Virus record (IMG/VR): IMGVR_UViG_3300025124_000038
Span: 1-24,720 of that record
Source: a virus
Lineage: Duplodnaviria; Caudoviricetes
Direction: 5' to 3' (one strand)
DNA length: 24,720 bases
Position 1 is the first letter of the stretch. Each line of letters begins with the position of its first letter. A program made the position numbers and the translations under genes. This document shows positions 1 to 9,369 of this stretch, one piece after another. A model generated the notes under the pieces. The model was not told the DNA's origin, ran no database searches, and was given only the letters and a program-made list of their open reading frames with translations.

Positions 1-333
1 AGACAAGTTATGCCAGCCTGGGGTTTGCGCGTCCAGAATCTGGCGAGGAACAAGCCGTACCGCACCTTTGGTGGAGGTGGCCGCCATGTTGCGCGTGATC
101 TCAATCAGCTTGGCTGGAATAGGCGTCAGGTTGGCGTTGTCCAGGTCTTGGCGTGATCCTGCAACCAATGTCATGGTGGCCGTGGTGTTCATCGCGTCAG
201 GGCGAACCTTGACGATGGCGCGCTGTGCGTCGTTGAGCCAACGCACCAACTCGTTAGCAGGCCAGCGCACACTGGTTTGGTCTTGCAGTAAATCTGTGGC
301 GCGATGGATGAGGGATGATGCGGAAATGGTCAT
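1..333 (-). CDS. Phage virion structural/head-tail adaptor-like protein, 5' part (runs off the left edge)
   Basis: Not in the ORF track. ATG at 333 follows AGGAG. The frame is open to base 1: MTISASSLIHRATDLLQDQTSVRWPANELVRWLNDAQRAIVKVRPDA... The RW..ELVRWLNDAQ pattern and position after the capsid gene are typical of podovirus head-completion proteins. Confidence 0.7.
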   Translation of the reverse strand, partial: MTISASSLIHRATDLLQDQTSVRWPANELVRWLNDAQRAIVKVRPDAMNTTATMTLVAGSRQDLDNANLTPIPAKLIEITRNMAATSTKGAVRLVPRQILDAQTPGWHNLS

Positions 334-348
334 GATGACTCCTATGAA

Positions 349-990
349 CTAAAACCCGAAGGCACGTGGCTGCACCCGAATCGTTCCTGGCACACGGTCA
401 TGCGCCTCTTCAATCCGGGTGTTCAAAATGGCTTTGTCAAAATTGGCGCGGTAGTAGATGGACAACTCTGTGTTGGTCCATGGCACGCCAGGCATGGCCA
501 TCAAACGGGCTTTGGCGCCGCTTGCAATGGCATCTAGGTGTCTTTGCCCAAGAAAGTCGGGCAGGCTGGTGGCGCTCATCATCGGCACATAGCTCGCGCG
601 AACTACCATGGCCTGGCCTGTCACTGCGGTGGGGGTCGGGTAGACCCGCAACAGTGGCAATTCGCCTGCCATGTTGTAGTAGCTGGGCTCACTGCCTTTG
701 GCGCTTAGCCAGTCAGGCATCGCGTTTTGCAGTCCAGACATCGTCACGGGCTGCAATCGGTGACTGCCGATCCAGACATCGCGCACCGTTTGCACATAGG
801 CGCCAGTCGGGACGTCAATTTCATATTCATTGACCCCCTCAATCAGGATGATTGGGTCTTGGCTCTCAGTCCAGGCCTTGGTCTCACGGCAGAATTCAAT
901 CGCCGTCAGCAACAAGGCCTGATCAAGTGTTGGGTAGGGGCAGCCAATCACCTCGGTCGCAACAAAGGGGTGGAAGTTGGAGAGCAACAT
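349..990 (-). CDS. Putative phage head-completion/adaptor protein (213 aa)
   Basis: Clean ORF in the late operon downstream of the capsid gene. GCP...L...AIEFC N-terminus and MPGVPWTN motif resemble podovirus virion proteins (recognition only). Confidence 0.6.
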   Translation of the reverse strand: MLLSNFHPFVATEVIGCPYPTLDQALLLTAIEFCRETKAWTESQDPIILIEGVNEYEIDVPTGAYVQTVRDVWIGSHRLQPVTMSGLQNAMPDWLSAKGSEPSYYNMAGELPLLRVYPTPTAVTGQAMVVRASYVPMMSATSLPDFLGQRHLDAIASGAKARLMAMPGVPWTNTELSIYYRANFDKAILNTRIEEAHDRVPGTIRVQPRAFGF

Positions 991-1004
991 GATTGGCTAC
1001 CTGC

Positions 1005-1346
1005 TTACTCAGGCACTGCAGAGAAGGCGTAGCGAGGGCGGTCGGTAGCGACTTGCTTCCCGCCAACATTGGCGTAGGCCGTTGTCACCGAATTGCGCAA
1101 AATATCAACCACTTCCTCTGGCACCAGGTAGGGTTTATTGCGCGGAATCTGATAGGCGTAGCCGTTCAGCCCAATGAAGACAGCTTCTTGGCCATCTGCC
1201 TCAGAACCCGAATAAATGGTCAGCAGCTCATACTTTCCGGTGCCACCCTCGAGGGCGCGGGCGCGCTGCACGTTTGCCGTATCTTCCGCAGCAGAATTTG
1301 GTTGCGCACTGTCTTCCAGTGTGCTGATTTGGGATTTCGTTGCCAT
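1005..1346 (-). CDS. Hypothetical phage structural-region protein (113 aa)
   Basis: AGAGG RBS; co-oriented and closely packed with neighbours; VFIGLNGYAYQIPR...VPEEVVDIL core. Confidence 0.65.
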   Translation of the reverse strand: MATKSQISTLEDSAQPNSAAEDTANVQRARALEGGTGKYELLTIYSGSEADGQEAVFIGLNGYAYQIPRNKPYLVPEEVVDILRNSVTTAYANVGGKQVATDRPRYAFSAVPE

Positions 1347-1390
1347 GTGGTTACCTCTTGAAAACAGAAAAGGCCATCAAAGGCCCAAAG

Positions 1391-1422
1391 AAAAAGCCCC
1401 TGGGGATTCCTCCTCAGGGGCT
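1391..1422 (-). terminator. Intrinsic terminator downstream of major capsid gene
   Basis: Minus strand reads AGCCCCTG-(12 nt)-CAGGGGCT followed by TTTT, 30 nt after the capsid stop. Confidence 0.7.
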
Positions 1423-1451
1423 TGAATCAACCCTTTGCGGGTCAACCAGGT

Positions 1452-2435
1452 TTAAGCTTCGACAGCAGCTTCAACAATTGCGATCCATGCGTCTTGCAAG
1501 ATCACGCAGGTTTGCATGCTCTTCCAGCCAATGTGGCTGCGCTGTGCCAACGGGTCAGAATCCGAAGGCTTGGCGTTGACCACCATTGGTGTCACGGAGT
1601 ACTGACCCTTAAGAGCCACAATGCCGTAGGCATCACGACCCAAAAAGATCACCGGGTACACGTCGGCCGAAGTTCCAGACGTCGACAACATGGCGCCCTT
1701 GATGCCACCGGCATCCGGGTAGGGCTCGACGATGGTGGTGCACAAATAGCGCACGTCATCAATCTTGCCAATTTCGTTTTCCCATGGGCTGATTGAGCCA
1801 TACTTTTCAGCCGGTGTGAAGCCTGGTGCAGCACGCAAGGCACCCTCCATGTCAGGGTGAATGATGCCAACATAACCAGGGGCAACGTTCTCGGTGCCGT
1901 AGCTTGGCGTCGAGCGCACGATCGAGGTGATCGGGCGTGCGTTCTGGCGCTTCAAGGCGCGAACAGCTTTACGTTGCAGCGCCACAGTGAATGGTGTATT
2001 CACGGCAGAACGGACTGTGCCGTTGGCAAACGTCTTGTTGGTAGCAGCTTTCAAAACGCCATAGCGCATCTTCTCGATCATCTGTGCAGCTTGCTCGCCC
2101 AACAACTCAAGAGACTCGTTCAAAACGGGGTCTTCAATCGTATCGGTGACCACATCAGACACGGTAATCAAGTCGCCGTACTGCACCAAAGTGGCAGTAA
2201 CGTCAACCTTTTGCAGTGTTTGCGCAGTGGGAGTCACGCCCTCGGTCAGCTCCTTCGGGGTGGTCGGCAATGCTGTAAAGCGCCGAAACATTTCGAGCTT
2301 GCTGGAGTTGCTAGGCAGGTTTTTAGCCTGGCCGAACTTCTCAAAAACAAGGTAGGGGATGCCACGCTTGAGCAATTCCTTGCATGCATAGGCAGAGGTA
2401 CGCGGTGAAATATCACCATAAGCAGTAGTAGCCAT
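1452..2435 (-). CDS. Major capsid protein, N4-gp56 family (327 aa)
   Basis: TTAYGDISPR start, LTEGVTP, QYGD, NEIGKIDDVRY and SDPLAQR..IGWK motifs of this family; TAAGGA RBS; lies after portal and scaffold. Confidence 0.9.
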   Translation of the reverse strand: MATTAYGDISPRTSAYACKELLKRGIPYLVFEKFGQAKNLPSNSSKLEMFRRFTALPTTPKELTEGVTPTAQTLQKVDVTATLVQYGDLITVSDVVTDTIEDPVLNESLELLGEQAAQMIEKMRYGVLKAATNKTFANGTVRSAVNTPFTVALQRKAVRALKRQNARPITSIVRSTPSYGTENVAPGYVGIIHPDMEGALRAAPGFTPAEKYGSISPWENEIGKIDDVRYLCTTIVEPYPDAGGIKGAMLSTSGTSADVYPVIFLGRDAYGIVALKGQYSVTPMVVNAKPSDSDPLAQRSHIGWKSMQTCVILQDAWIAIVEAAVEA

Positions 2436-2675
2436 GATTTTTCCTTAAGATAAAAAAACAAAAAGCCCCTTGCGGAGCCATATCAAAAGGAGCGAACTGA
2501 CGCTTTAATGCCGTATGCAGCCCAGGCCATGCCTTTGGGGAGTCTTTTGACTTATCCCGCATGCACCCGACAGCGCGACCGGTGTCGTGCTCCGAAAATG
2601 CTCAGTGATAACGCTCACTGTGCGAAGCGACCAGGTAACCAACTTGGTAATGGTCTCGGCTTTCGCCTGAAATCT
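2436..2675 (-). promoter_or_regulatory. 240-nt hairpin-rich untranslated leader of the capsid gene
   Basis: No plausible minus-strand ORF. Hairpins at 2658-2667 (GGC-GAAA-GCC), 2603-2620, 2541-2552 and 2464-2479 (GCAA loop followed by a U-tract). Confidence 0.45.
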
Positions 2676-3644
2676 TTATGCGAATTCGGCCCATGCAGCT
2701 TCGTAATCATCTGCCTTGGCAGGCTTCTCCGGGATCTTCAAACCAGCCGAGCGCACGCCTTCAGCAGCGTCCATGGCCGACTCATCCACAGGGCTTTGAT
2801 CGGCTTGCGGTTCGGTCTTGATGCTTTCTTTGTAGGCACTCAGCAAAGCATTGATCTGCTTGGCGCTGCCGCCGTGAATCACCTGCATCGCCTGCTCTTG
2901 TTCAGAGCCAGGCAGGCTATCCACATAGCCCTTGAACTCTGCGCTGGCGGCCACATCCATAAAGTCTGGGTGGGCATCTGAAATCATCTCGTAGTGCGCT
3001 TTCTCTTTCTCGTTGCGCAGTTCGCCAACCAGTCCGTCAAGCTCACCGCGCACCGCGTTGGCACGCTCATCAGCCACTTCACCGCCAATGCGCTTGGCAA
3101 TCACGCTAAGCATGCGTGCAAAGTCCGGGCCAAAGTCAGACTCCAGCGTCTTCATGGCCTGCTCAAAGGTCAACTCTCCGCTGTCAACCTTGTCCATCGC
3201 ATCTTCCATCGCCTCAGTCGTAGTGGCCTCAGCAGACTCTTCGGCTGGCGTCTCAGCGGGTTCATGCGCCTTCAAAGCCTCCTCGCGTGCCTTGAGTTCA
3301 GCCTCCTTGGCTTTGAGCCTCCCCATCCACGACTTCTCGCGCTGAACATCCTCCGGGCTCATCACCTCCACGCCTTGATCTTGGGCGCCCGGCTCTACTG
3401 CCACGACCACCGAAGTCTCGTCAGTCGGACCAGCATCGCCAGCTTCTGCACCAGCGGTATCCGTTGGCGCTTCGGCAGGCTCTTGTTCTGCTGGCTCCTC
3501 GGCCACCTCAGCCTCGGTTTCATCCGGGGTTTCAGGGTCAGGCGTCAGGCCAAAAGCCTCATCCTCGGTCATCTCCTTTTTTTGCATATCCTCGTCAAAA
3601 GAGGCGGCAAATTCATCTTGCTCGGTTTGGTCATTGGGTTTCAT
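2676..3644 (-). CDS. Putative capsid scaffolding protein (322 aa)
   Basis: Very acidic, coiled-coil-like, with an AHPDF motif; located between portal and capsid genes; GAAAGGA RBS. Confidence 0.7.
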   Translation of the reverse strand: MKPNDQTEQDEFAASFDEDMQKKEMTEDEAFGLTPDPETPDETEAEVAEEPAEQEPAEAPTDTAGAEAGDAGPTDETSVVVAVEPGAQDQGVEVMSPEDVQREKSWMGRLKAKEAELKAREEALKAHEPAETPAEESAEATTTEAMEDAMDKVDSGELTFEQAMKTLESDFGPDFARMLSVIAKRIGGEVADERANAVRGELDGLVGELRNEKEKAHYEMISDAHPDFMDVAASAEFKGYVDSLPGSEQEQAMQVIHGGSAKQINALLSAYKESIKTEPQADQSPVDESAMDAAEGVRSAGLKIPEKPAKADDYEAAWAEFA

Positions 3645-3746
3645 AGCGTTTCCTTTCGGGGCAAAAAAAGAGCCCTTGCGGGACTCGGACTGTCCGGACG
3701 AAACAAAGCCGCAATGAAGCGGCTCAATCAGTCACGGGGTTGAGAA

Positions 3747-4001
3747 TCAAATCTTTGGCACGTCCTGGCCTTCATCGGCCACAATCGCGCGAATCGCATA
3801 GGTCTGCTTGATGGCCGCTTGCAATGCGACCAAGCCATCCGGTCGCACATTGACCAAATCGGTCACATAGCTGCGTCCCAACACGTCAAGCAGCTCAATC
3901 AAATGGCGCGAACACTCGCTACCAGCGTATTGGCGCACTGTGCGCGACGCCTCGATCAAGCGTTCATGCATCAGTTGCTCTTCGGTTTTTTTAGTTGTCA
4001 T
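3747..4001 (-). CDS. Small hypothetical protein downstream of portal (84 aa)
   Basis: Start overlaps the portal 3' end; a small helical gene between portal and scaffold is common in podoviruses. Confidence 0.65.
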   Translation of the reverse strand: MTTKKTEEQLMHERLIEASRTVRQYAGSECSRHLIELLDVLGRSYVTDLVNVRPDGLVALQAAIKQTYAIRAIVADEGQDVPKI

Positions 4002-6246
4002 TCATCACCGCTGTTTCCATACCCGCATTCAGGCCAACACGGCCAGAATCTGGCTTGTCTAGCTCTTTGGTCGGGTCAAACACAGGCCGCTCTTGCACTG
4101 GCTGGCCACTTATCTGGGCGATGCTCGGGTTCGGCGTTGCATCAGCCCAACCGGCGCTACGCAAAATCTCATCGCCCGCGGGTGCGACATGCGGATTCTG
4201 GGTAGCTGCACCACCCGCTTGTAATGCTGCAAAAACAGAGCCTACCTTGGTCTCGGTTGCCCTGGCTTTGACCAATTCGACTTCAGCCATCGCCTTGGCT
4301 GCTTGTGCAGTCAATAAGGCCACCTTCTGCTGCAATTCAGCCATTGTCAATTGCATCTGCGCCTGCTGAATCTGTTGTTGTTGTGCGGCCTGCTCATTGT
4401 TTTGCTCAGCCATCACCTCTTCCTCAGTCTTGATCACGTCCGAGAGCTCATGCGCCTCGGCGCGTTGGCGAAGCAAGTGGTCACGCTTGATAAAAGGCGC
4501 ATCCATCGGATTCGCCACAGCCAGACTAAAGGCATCAAGCTGCTGGGCTCGAACTTCACGCGCCACCAGGCTTGATGACCCGCGCGCCTTGACGTCAAAA
4601 TCACCCTTAATCGCTGCATCCGGGTGAAACTGCATATTCCAACGGTACATACCGGTGATGAATGAGCGCGTGATGCCCTCATCCCAATTGCTCACCAAGT
4701 CCTTGATCATGATATTGGCAGCACCCATCAGCATGCTCATGCCGCTGGCTGTGCCGCCTGCGCCAGAGGCCACGTTTTCCCCGGTCATATACCTGGGTAT
4801 CGCGCTCACCTCATCGGCATTGTTCTCAAACCTGTCTGCCAGACCGCTCAGATCGCCCAAGCGAGACGGCAACTCAATCGCGCGCACCGCAGGTGTTCCC
4901 GGGCTGGTTGAGTTGCGCAAAAATACTTTCCACGGCTCAATCTCTGTCCCCTCTTCCATGCTCGACAGCAAGCCCGTTGCCACTTCAATCATTGCGCCAG
5001 AAGTGATCGCGCCGTTGTCCAGCATCAGCCTGGTGGCCGCATTCATCATCGTCTGGTCATCACGCATCACGCTGGCCAAACCCTCACCAAAGAACGATGT
5101 TTCGTCCTTATCAAAGTAGTACACATGGTAAGGCCAGGTCACACCGTTAATCGGCTGCAGCACAGCTTTGACCACCTCACCATTGGGCAGCATCCAGATG
5201 TTGCTAAAAAAGCTCTCATGGCTGCGGTCATCCGCCACCTCTAGCCCGGCCGACCTCAAGTCCTCGCCAGATACATAACCCCAGCGCTCCAGCACCTCAT
5301 AGCGGCCGTCGTTGTCACCTTGTTTTGACTGTCTATCGCCGATGCTCTTAAGCTCGCCGTCAATGAACTTTACCGTGCACTCACCATTTGGGTGTGATCT
5401 CAAGTACTCGACAATGATGTCCTTTCGAAAGCTCTTGCGTTGCGCCAGCTCAGCCAGGTCGGTGTGCGTCATCTGGTGGCGCTCATAGATATAGCGGCAG
5501 TTGTCCAGCGAATCCGCACCCATGTCCGGATAGAAGCGCCACAGCGGCACAAAATCTACAAACGGCACGACATAGCTCTCGCTCTTCTCGACCCATTTGC
5601 CCTTCTCTTGCACAAATTTAGATCGAATGCGGCGCTCAACCAGCGGCCCCTTCAAAATGCCCGTGCCAAACAAGTGCCCAGAATTCACCACCTTTTTGCA
5701 AATCTGCTTGTAGCGCACTTCGCTCAATTGGTCATCAATAACCTTGGCCATGCCTTTGGCTGACTCTTTGCACAGCTTCAAAACGGCATCATCCACCATC
5801 TTCTTGCTGATGTAAGGCGCTGGCATTTTCTGCCCTTGCTGCGCGGCCTGCTGCGCCATCTGCTGCAGCTGCTTGATCACACCCTTGCGCACATCATCGG
5901 ACACCGTAGGCACAGGCGTCGTATCCACTTCCCAATTCTTTTCCGAGCCCGCAGGAAACAGCAAGTCCTCCACGCGACTGTTCGCAGTCTTGACCTTCAC
6001 CCGGGTCTTGCGCACAAACGCACGCGACCGCTTGGGGCCAATCGCTGCCAGCACCTCTGGGTCGTACTGGCCCTTGAACTGCCGCAAATCCTGCAGCCAA
6101 CGCAACTCGGTGGCGTAACGATCCTCTTCGGCCGTCGAGAACTCACGCAACAGCTTCACGCCCAAAGCGCTCATCACAGACGTGGTCGTGCCGTTGTCCC
6201 TAAACGCCTCCCGAGAGGCCATCTCGTATTGGATATCGTCGCTCAT
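3991..6246 (-). CDS. Portal protein (751 aa)
   Basis: Size, position after terminase, GTGILKGP segment, GTASGMSMLM motif and Gln-rich C-terminal coiled coil typical of P22/N4-like portals. Confidence 0.85.
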   Translation of the reverse strand: MSDDIQYEMASREAFRDNGTTTSVMSALGVKLLREFSTAEEDRYATELRWLQDLRQFKGQYDPEVLAAIGPKRSRAFVRKTRVKVKTANSRVEDLLFPAGSEKNWEVDTTPVPTVSDDVRKGVIKQLQQMAQQAAQQGQKMPAPYISKKMVDDAVLKLCKESAKGMAKVIDDQLSEVRYKQICKKVVNSGHLFGTGILKGPLVERRIRSKFVQEKGKWVEKSESYVVPFVDFVPLWRFYPDMGADSLDNCRYIYERHQMTHTDLAELAQRKSFRKDIIVEYLRSHPNGECTVKFIDGELKSIGDRQSKQGDNDGRYEVLERWGYVSGEDLRSAGLEVADDRSHESFFSNIWMLPNGEVVKAVLQPINGVTWPYHVYYFDKDETSFFGEGLASVMRDDQTMMNAATRLMLDNGAITSGAMIEVATGLLSSMEEGTEIEPWKVFLRNSTSPGTPAVRAIELPSRLGDLSGLADRFENNADEVSAIPRYMTGENVASGAGGTASGMSMLMGAANIMIKDLVSNWDEGITRSFITGMYRWNMQFHPDAAIKGDFDVKARGSSSLVAREVRAQQLDAFSLAVANPMDAPFIKRDHLLRQRAEAHELSDVIKTEEEVMAEQNNEQAAQQQQIQQAQMQLTMAELQQKVALLTAQAAKAMAEVELVKARATETKVGSVFAALQAGGAATQNPHVAPAGDEILRSAGWADATPNPSIAQISGQPVQERPVFDPTKELDKPDSGRVGLNAGMETAVMNDN

Positions 6247-6773
6247 TAACGCGCAGTCAGGTTCGGCCGACCATTAGCGTGGAACTTGGCTTTACCCACT
6301 TGGGTGTCGTCATTGAGTTTGGCCTTGATTGAATCCACCGCATCCTTGACAAAAGTGTTGCCATAGATTGTTGGCTTGGCTTTTTCAGCATCCTTGTTGG
6401 CCACTGGCAACTGCGACTCAGCACTAACCACTTTAGTCACCTTGACCACATCGGGCTTAGCCTTCATCTCGCTCTTGAGTGCCGTTGTGAACTTCTTGCC
6501 GTTGAACTCAAACACCTTTAATCCGCTCTTTCGTGCATGGGCGAAGGCATCTTTAAAGTTCGCAGGCGCAGCAGGTTTAACAGGCGCATCAGACGCGTTA
6601 AAAGCCTCACTGAACAGCTTTGCATCTTCATCCTCAACTGGTGCGCTTGCAGCCTCTTTGACGGGCTCCATTGGCTCCAGATCAGGCGCAGGCGGCTTTG
6701 GGTCATCGGCCGTAGCCTCAGCAAAGCTGTCGGCATACTCTTTAGCACGTTGGCGGGTTTCTTCATCAATCAT
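6246..6773 (-). CDS. Hypothetical protein between terL and portal (175 aa)
   Basis: Stop overlaps the portal start (TAATG); low-complexity Pro/Ala/Lys sequence with an FKDAFAHARKSGLKVFEFNGKKFTT module. Confidence 0.65.
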   Translation of the reverse strand: MIDEETRQRAKEYADSFAEATADDPKPPAPDLEPMEPVKEAASAPVEDEDAKLFSEAFNASDAPVKPAAPANFKDAFAHARKSGLKVFEFNGKKFTTALKSEMKAKPDVVKVTKVVSAESQLPVANKDAEKAKPTIYGNTFVKDAVDSIKAKLNDDTQVGKAKFHANGRPNLTAR

Positions 6774-6789
6774 GATCTGCTTTCAATTT

Positions 6790-6815
6790 AGGGAGGGTAC
6801 CGGGTACCCTGCCTC
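6790..6815. repeat. Palindromic repeat, copy 1 (AGGGAGGGTACCGGGTACCCTGCCTC)
   Basis: 26/26 identical to 10338-10363 and 25/26 to 19450-19475; overlaps the terL stop codon. Confidence 0.95.
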
Positions 6816-8334
6816 AATAACCGGCCGATGTGGCCGCTGGTCTCACTCTTGTCGGTCTGGCGCCACGACTCGAATCGCGGTAGCTCACCGGGATAGCAAA
6901 TGTCAGCGCCATAGCGTCTGCGCCGTCGGGCGACCTGACTTGCCTGGCCTTCATGTGCTCTTTCTTTTCCAGCAACTTCCTGCCGTTTGAGCTCACCTTG
7001 GGCTGAGGTGCTGTCAGATCACTGATCAGTGCCGCGTTATTCGGTATCCGGCACGGTTTATCAGCGAACCACTCACTCATCAGCCACCACATCTCGGCAC
7101 GGATGTTCTCGTAACGCTCTGAATCTGTAGCACGTTGGGCGCTGTTGATGCCAATAACAGGCACATTAAGCTCATTTAGCCTGTCATAGACACCAGCGCC
7201 CAAACCGCCCTTGTCAATGATCAAACCGTCTGGTTTGTGCTCGGTGTTGTACTGGCTCAGTAGGCCAGCAATCTGCATCGTGTCCAACCCCTGGTGATAT
7301 TCCATGCGAAACACCGTGCGCCCACGCCTGAAACAAATCGCAGTCCTGTCAGCGTCCTCAATCCCATCGCCCGCTGGATCACAGCCAATGATCAGCGGCG
7401 CATTCATGTCTGCTGACGTGCTGTTGACCGCAGCCATCACATTGCTTGGGTTGATCAGCGGGTTCCCAACTGCAATCACAAACGCTTCGGCTGCACAGTT
7501 CGGGAACTCCTGCTGGAACAGCCACGCAAAACCGTCGCCATACGAGCTAATCTTGTTGCGCCGGAACTGCAGTTGCTCGTTGTCTAGCCCGTAAGTCTCG
7601 GCCAACAAAATCTCTTCAGCAGTTTTAATGAAGTCCGCCGCCACCGTAGAGCGGTAGCTATCATCCCAAAACCATGGTGTAAAAATCGCAATGAACTCGC
7701 CGTTGCCAGCTTCAGCCTCTTGCCACAGGTTATGAAACCCGTTGCCAATTCCGTTCGCAGTGGACTCAAGCACAAACTCAGTGCCATCCACATTGCCAAC
7801 CACATTCCCCAGGCCTGCCATGTGTTTTTGCGGGTTGCGCCAGTAGGCGTATTCTGAGCCGTGGATCAACTGGGCTGTATTGCCTCTCCCAACATCATCA
7901 GTACCAGCAGTAGCCAACTTATAGCCACAATCCATCTGCTTAAAAATCAACTCTTTCGCGTTCGATGCCTTGGTGCTTGGTGCTACCGGGTTATTGATCT
8001 GATATCGTTGAACGATCTCAAACAACCCCGTCGTGGCCAAATCCTCATGCGCCACAATAAAGGCTGACCGCCCCTTAAACACAGCTTTGTGATAGAACCT
8101 GGCCGCGATATATGTCGATGCGCCCTGCTTACGCCCCTTCAAAATGATAGCTCTGACTTTGCCGGTATTTTTGAGCTGCTCCTCGAGCTTCTCATGAATG
8201 TGTCTTTGCGCCCGGTTCAGCACAAGCGGCTTCAGGTCACCAGACTTGTCCTTGATTTTCAGGCACTGGCAAGCAAACAACTCCAGGTTGTCGCGCAACT
8301 TACACAGCGCAATCTCGCGTTCTTCATCAGTCAT
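6814..8334 (-). CDS. terL: Terminase large subunit (506 aa)
   Basis: Walker A LKGRKQGAST, Walker B-like LIHGSE, coupling motif ESTANG, nuclease motifs IIGCDPA and SPDGADA. Confidence 0.92.
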   Translation of the reverse strand: MTDEEREIALCKLRDNLELFACQCLKIKDKSGDLKPLVLNRAQRHIHEKLEEQLKNTGKVRAIILKGRKQGASTYIAARFYHKAVFKGRSAFIVAHEDLATTGLFEIVQRYQINNPVAPSTKASNAKELIFKQMDCGYKLATAGTDDVGRGNTAQLIHGSEYAYWRNPQKHMAGLGNVVGNVDGTEFVLESTANGIGNGFHNLWQEAEAGNGEFIAIFTPWFWDDSYRSTVAADFIKTAEEILLAETYGLDNEQLQFRRNKISSYGDGFAWLFQQEFPNCAAEAFVIAVGNPLINPSNVMAAVNSTSADMNAPLIIGCDPAGDGIEDADRTAICFRRGRTVFRMEYHQGLDTMQIAGLLSQYNTEHKPDGLIIDKGGLGAGVYDRLNELNVPVIGINSAQRATDSERYENIRAEMWWLMSEWFADKPCRIPNNAALISDLTAPQPKVSSNGRKLLEKKEHMKARQVRSPDGADAMALTFAIPVSYRDSSRGARPTRVRPAATSAGY

Positions 8335-8957
8335 TCGGACGCCGCGTTGATCTTAGCCAGCAAAGCATCCACGCTCGACTGGCTTTTGTCACCCTCGGCG
8401 TCAAGCTTGAGAATCTTGCGCTGCATCGGGATATAAACACCGTGCGCTGCCGCAATCTCTTTACTCAGCTTTACCCGCCCAGCTAGGCTGATGATGTACT
8501 GGTACAACTCATTAGCTTTATCAGAGCGATTCTCAGTGCTCTTATCATTAGCCTCGCCAAGCGCGACAAGACGCTCTCGAAACTCCGGATCGCATAGTAT
8601 GGCAACCTCCTCAAGCTGCGACCGAGACACCTTCATTGCCAGTGTGACATCATCTCTTTGAAGCAACTCAACAGCTGCCGAAGCCTCGGCATAAGCCTTT
8701 ACGGTTGCCGCATCCGACAGTTTGGTTTCCGTGGCAACCAGTTTGGCAACCACTTTTGTGGCAACTATGCTTTGCGTTGTTTGTTGTATCTTTTGTGTAA
8801 GGTCTCTCTCCCACCCAAACTTAGTCGCTCGCTTCTGAATGGCTGTGTGTGACACGCCATACTCAATAGCAAGTTGCCGAACTGTCTTAACGCCTGCCCT
8901 ATAGTGCCGTTCAATCAGCTCCCAGTCTGGGCTGCTTTTTGTTTTTTCATTATTCAT
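8331..8957 (-). CDS. terS: Terminase small subunit, putative (208 aa)
   Basis: N-terminal HTH DWELIERHYRAG...YGVSHTAIQKRA..GW; ATGA overlap with terL. Confidence 0.75.
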   Translation of the reverse strand: MNNEKTKSSPDWELIERHYRAGVKTVRQLAIEYGVSHTAIQKRATKFGWERDLTQKIQQTTQSIVATKVVAKLVATETKLSDAATVKAYAEASAAVELLQRDDVTLAMKVSRSQLEEVAILCDPEFRERLVALGEANDKSTENRSDKANELYQYIISLAGRVKLSKEIAAAHGVYIPMQRKILKLDAEGDKSQSSVDALLAKINAASE

Positions 8958-9036
8958 AGCAGTTGAATCTCCTCAAGCTTTTAACTGCTTGGTGAAATTG
9001 AATCCATATCAATCCCATCGATCACGCAGGGAGCAT

Positions 9037-9069
9037 AAAAAAAGCCCCTGGAGTTACCTCAACAGGGGC
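9037..9069 (-). terminator. Intrinsic terminator between Q-like gene and terS (tR'-like)
   Basis: Minus strand reads GCCCCTG-(12 nt)-CAGGGGC followed by T7. Confidence 0.7.
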
Positions 9070-9231
9070 AAAGTCCATTGCTGGACACAGGGAGAAAAGT
9101 AACTCACTCGCCAAGAGTACTGACACTTGGTGAGTGAGTGTTGTTTGGCGCTGCGGCAAGAGGCACTTGTCCCCTGAAAAAACCGCTTGTTTTAGTGCCG
9201 GGGCTGTCTGTCCGGCTATGTAGCTTCTTGT

Positions 9232-9259
9232 AATGTAACAGAAAAAATAACTTTTGCAG
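9232..9259 (-). promoter_or_regulatory. Candidate late promoter (pR'-like)
   Basis: AT-rich tract after the Q-like gene; minus strand CTGCAA-16 nt-TACATT with an extended -10 TG; lies upstream of the 9037-9069 terminator as in lambdoid late control. Confidence 0.35.
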
Positions 9260-9369
9260 TAAAGTGAACAATTATTTTAAAGACCACCCAAAGATATGGT
9301 AGCGCCTTTTCCCCACATACAAGAACAGACCCCATCTAAAAAACATCTTTGGGCTTTGCCAAACGAATC

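Noticed and set aside
3680-3745. GGACGAAAC resembling a hammerhead ribozyme core
   Set aside because: No CTGANGA partner or matching three-stem arrangement nearby.
366-8852. Many plus-strand ORFs over the structural genes (e.g. 1857..2408, 2994..3743, 6376..6990)
   Set aside because: Antisense shadows of well-supported minus-strand genes; no RBS or recognisable motifs.
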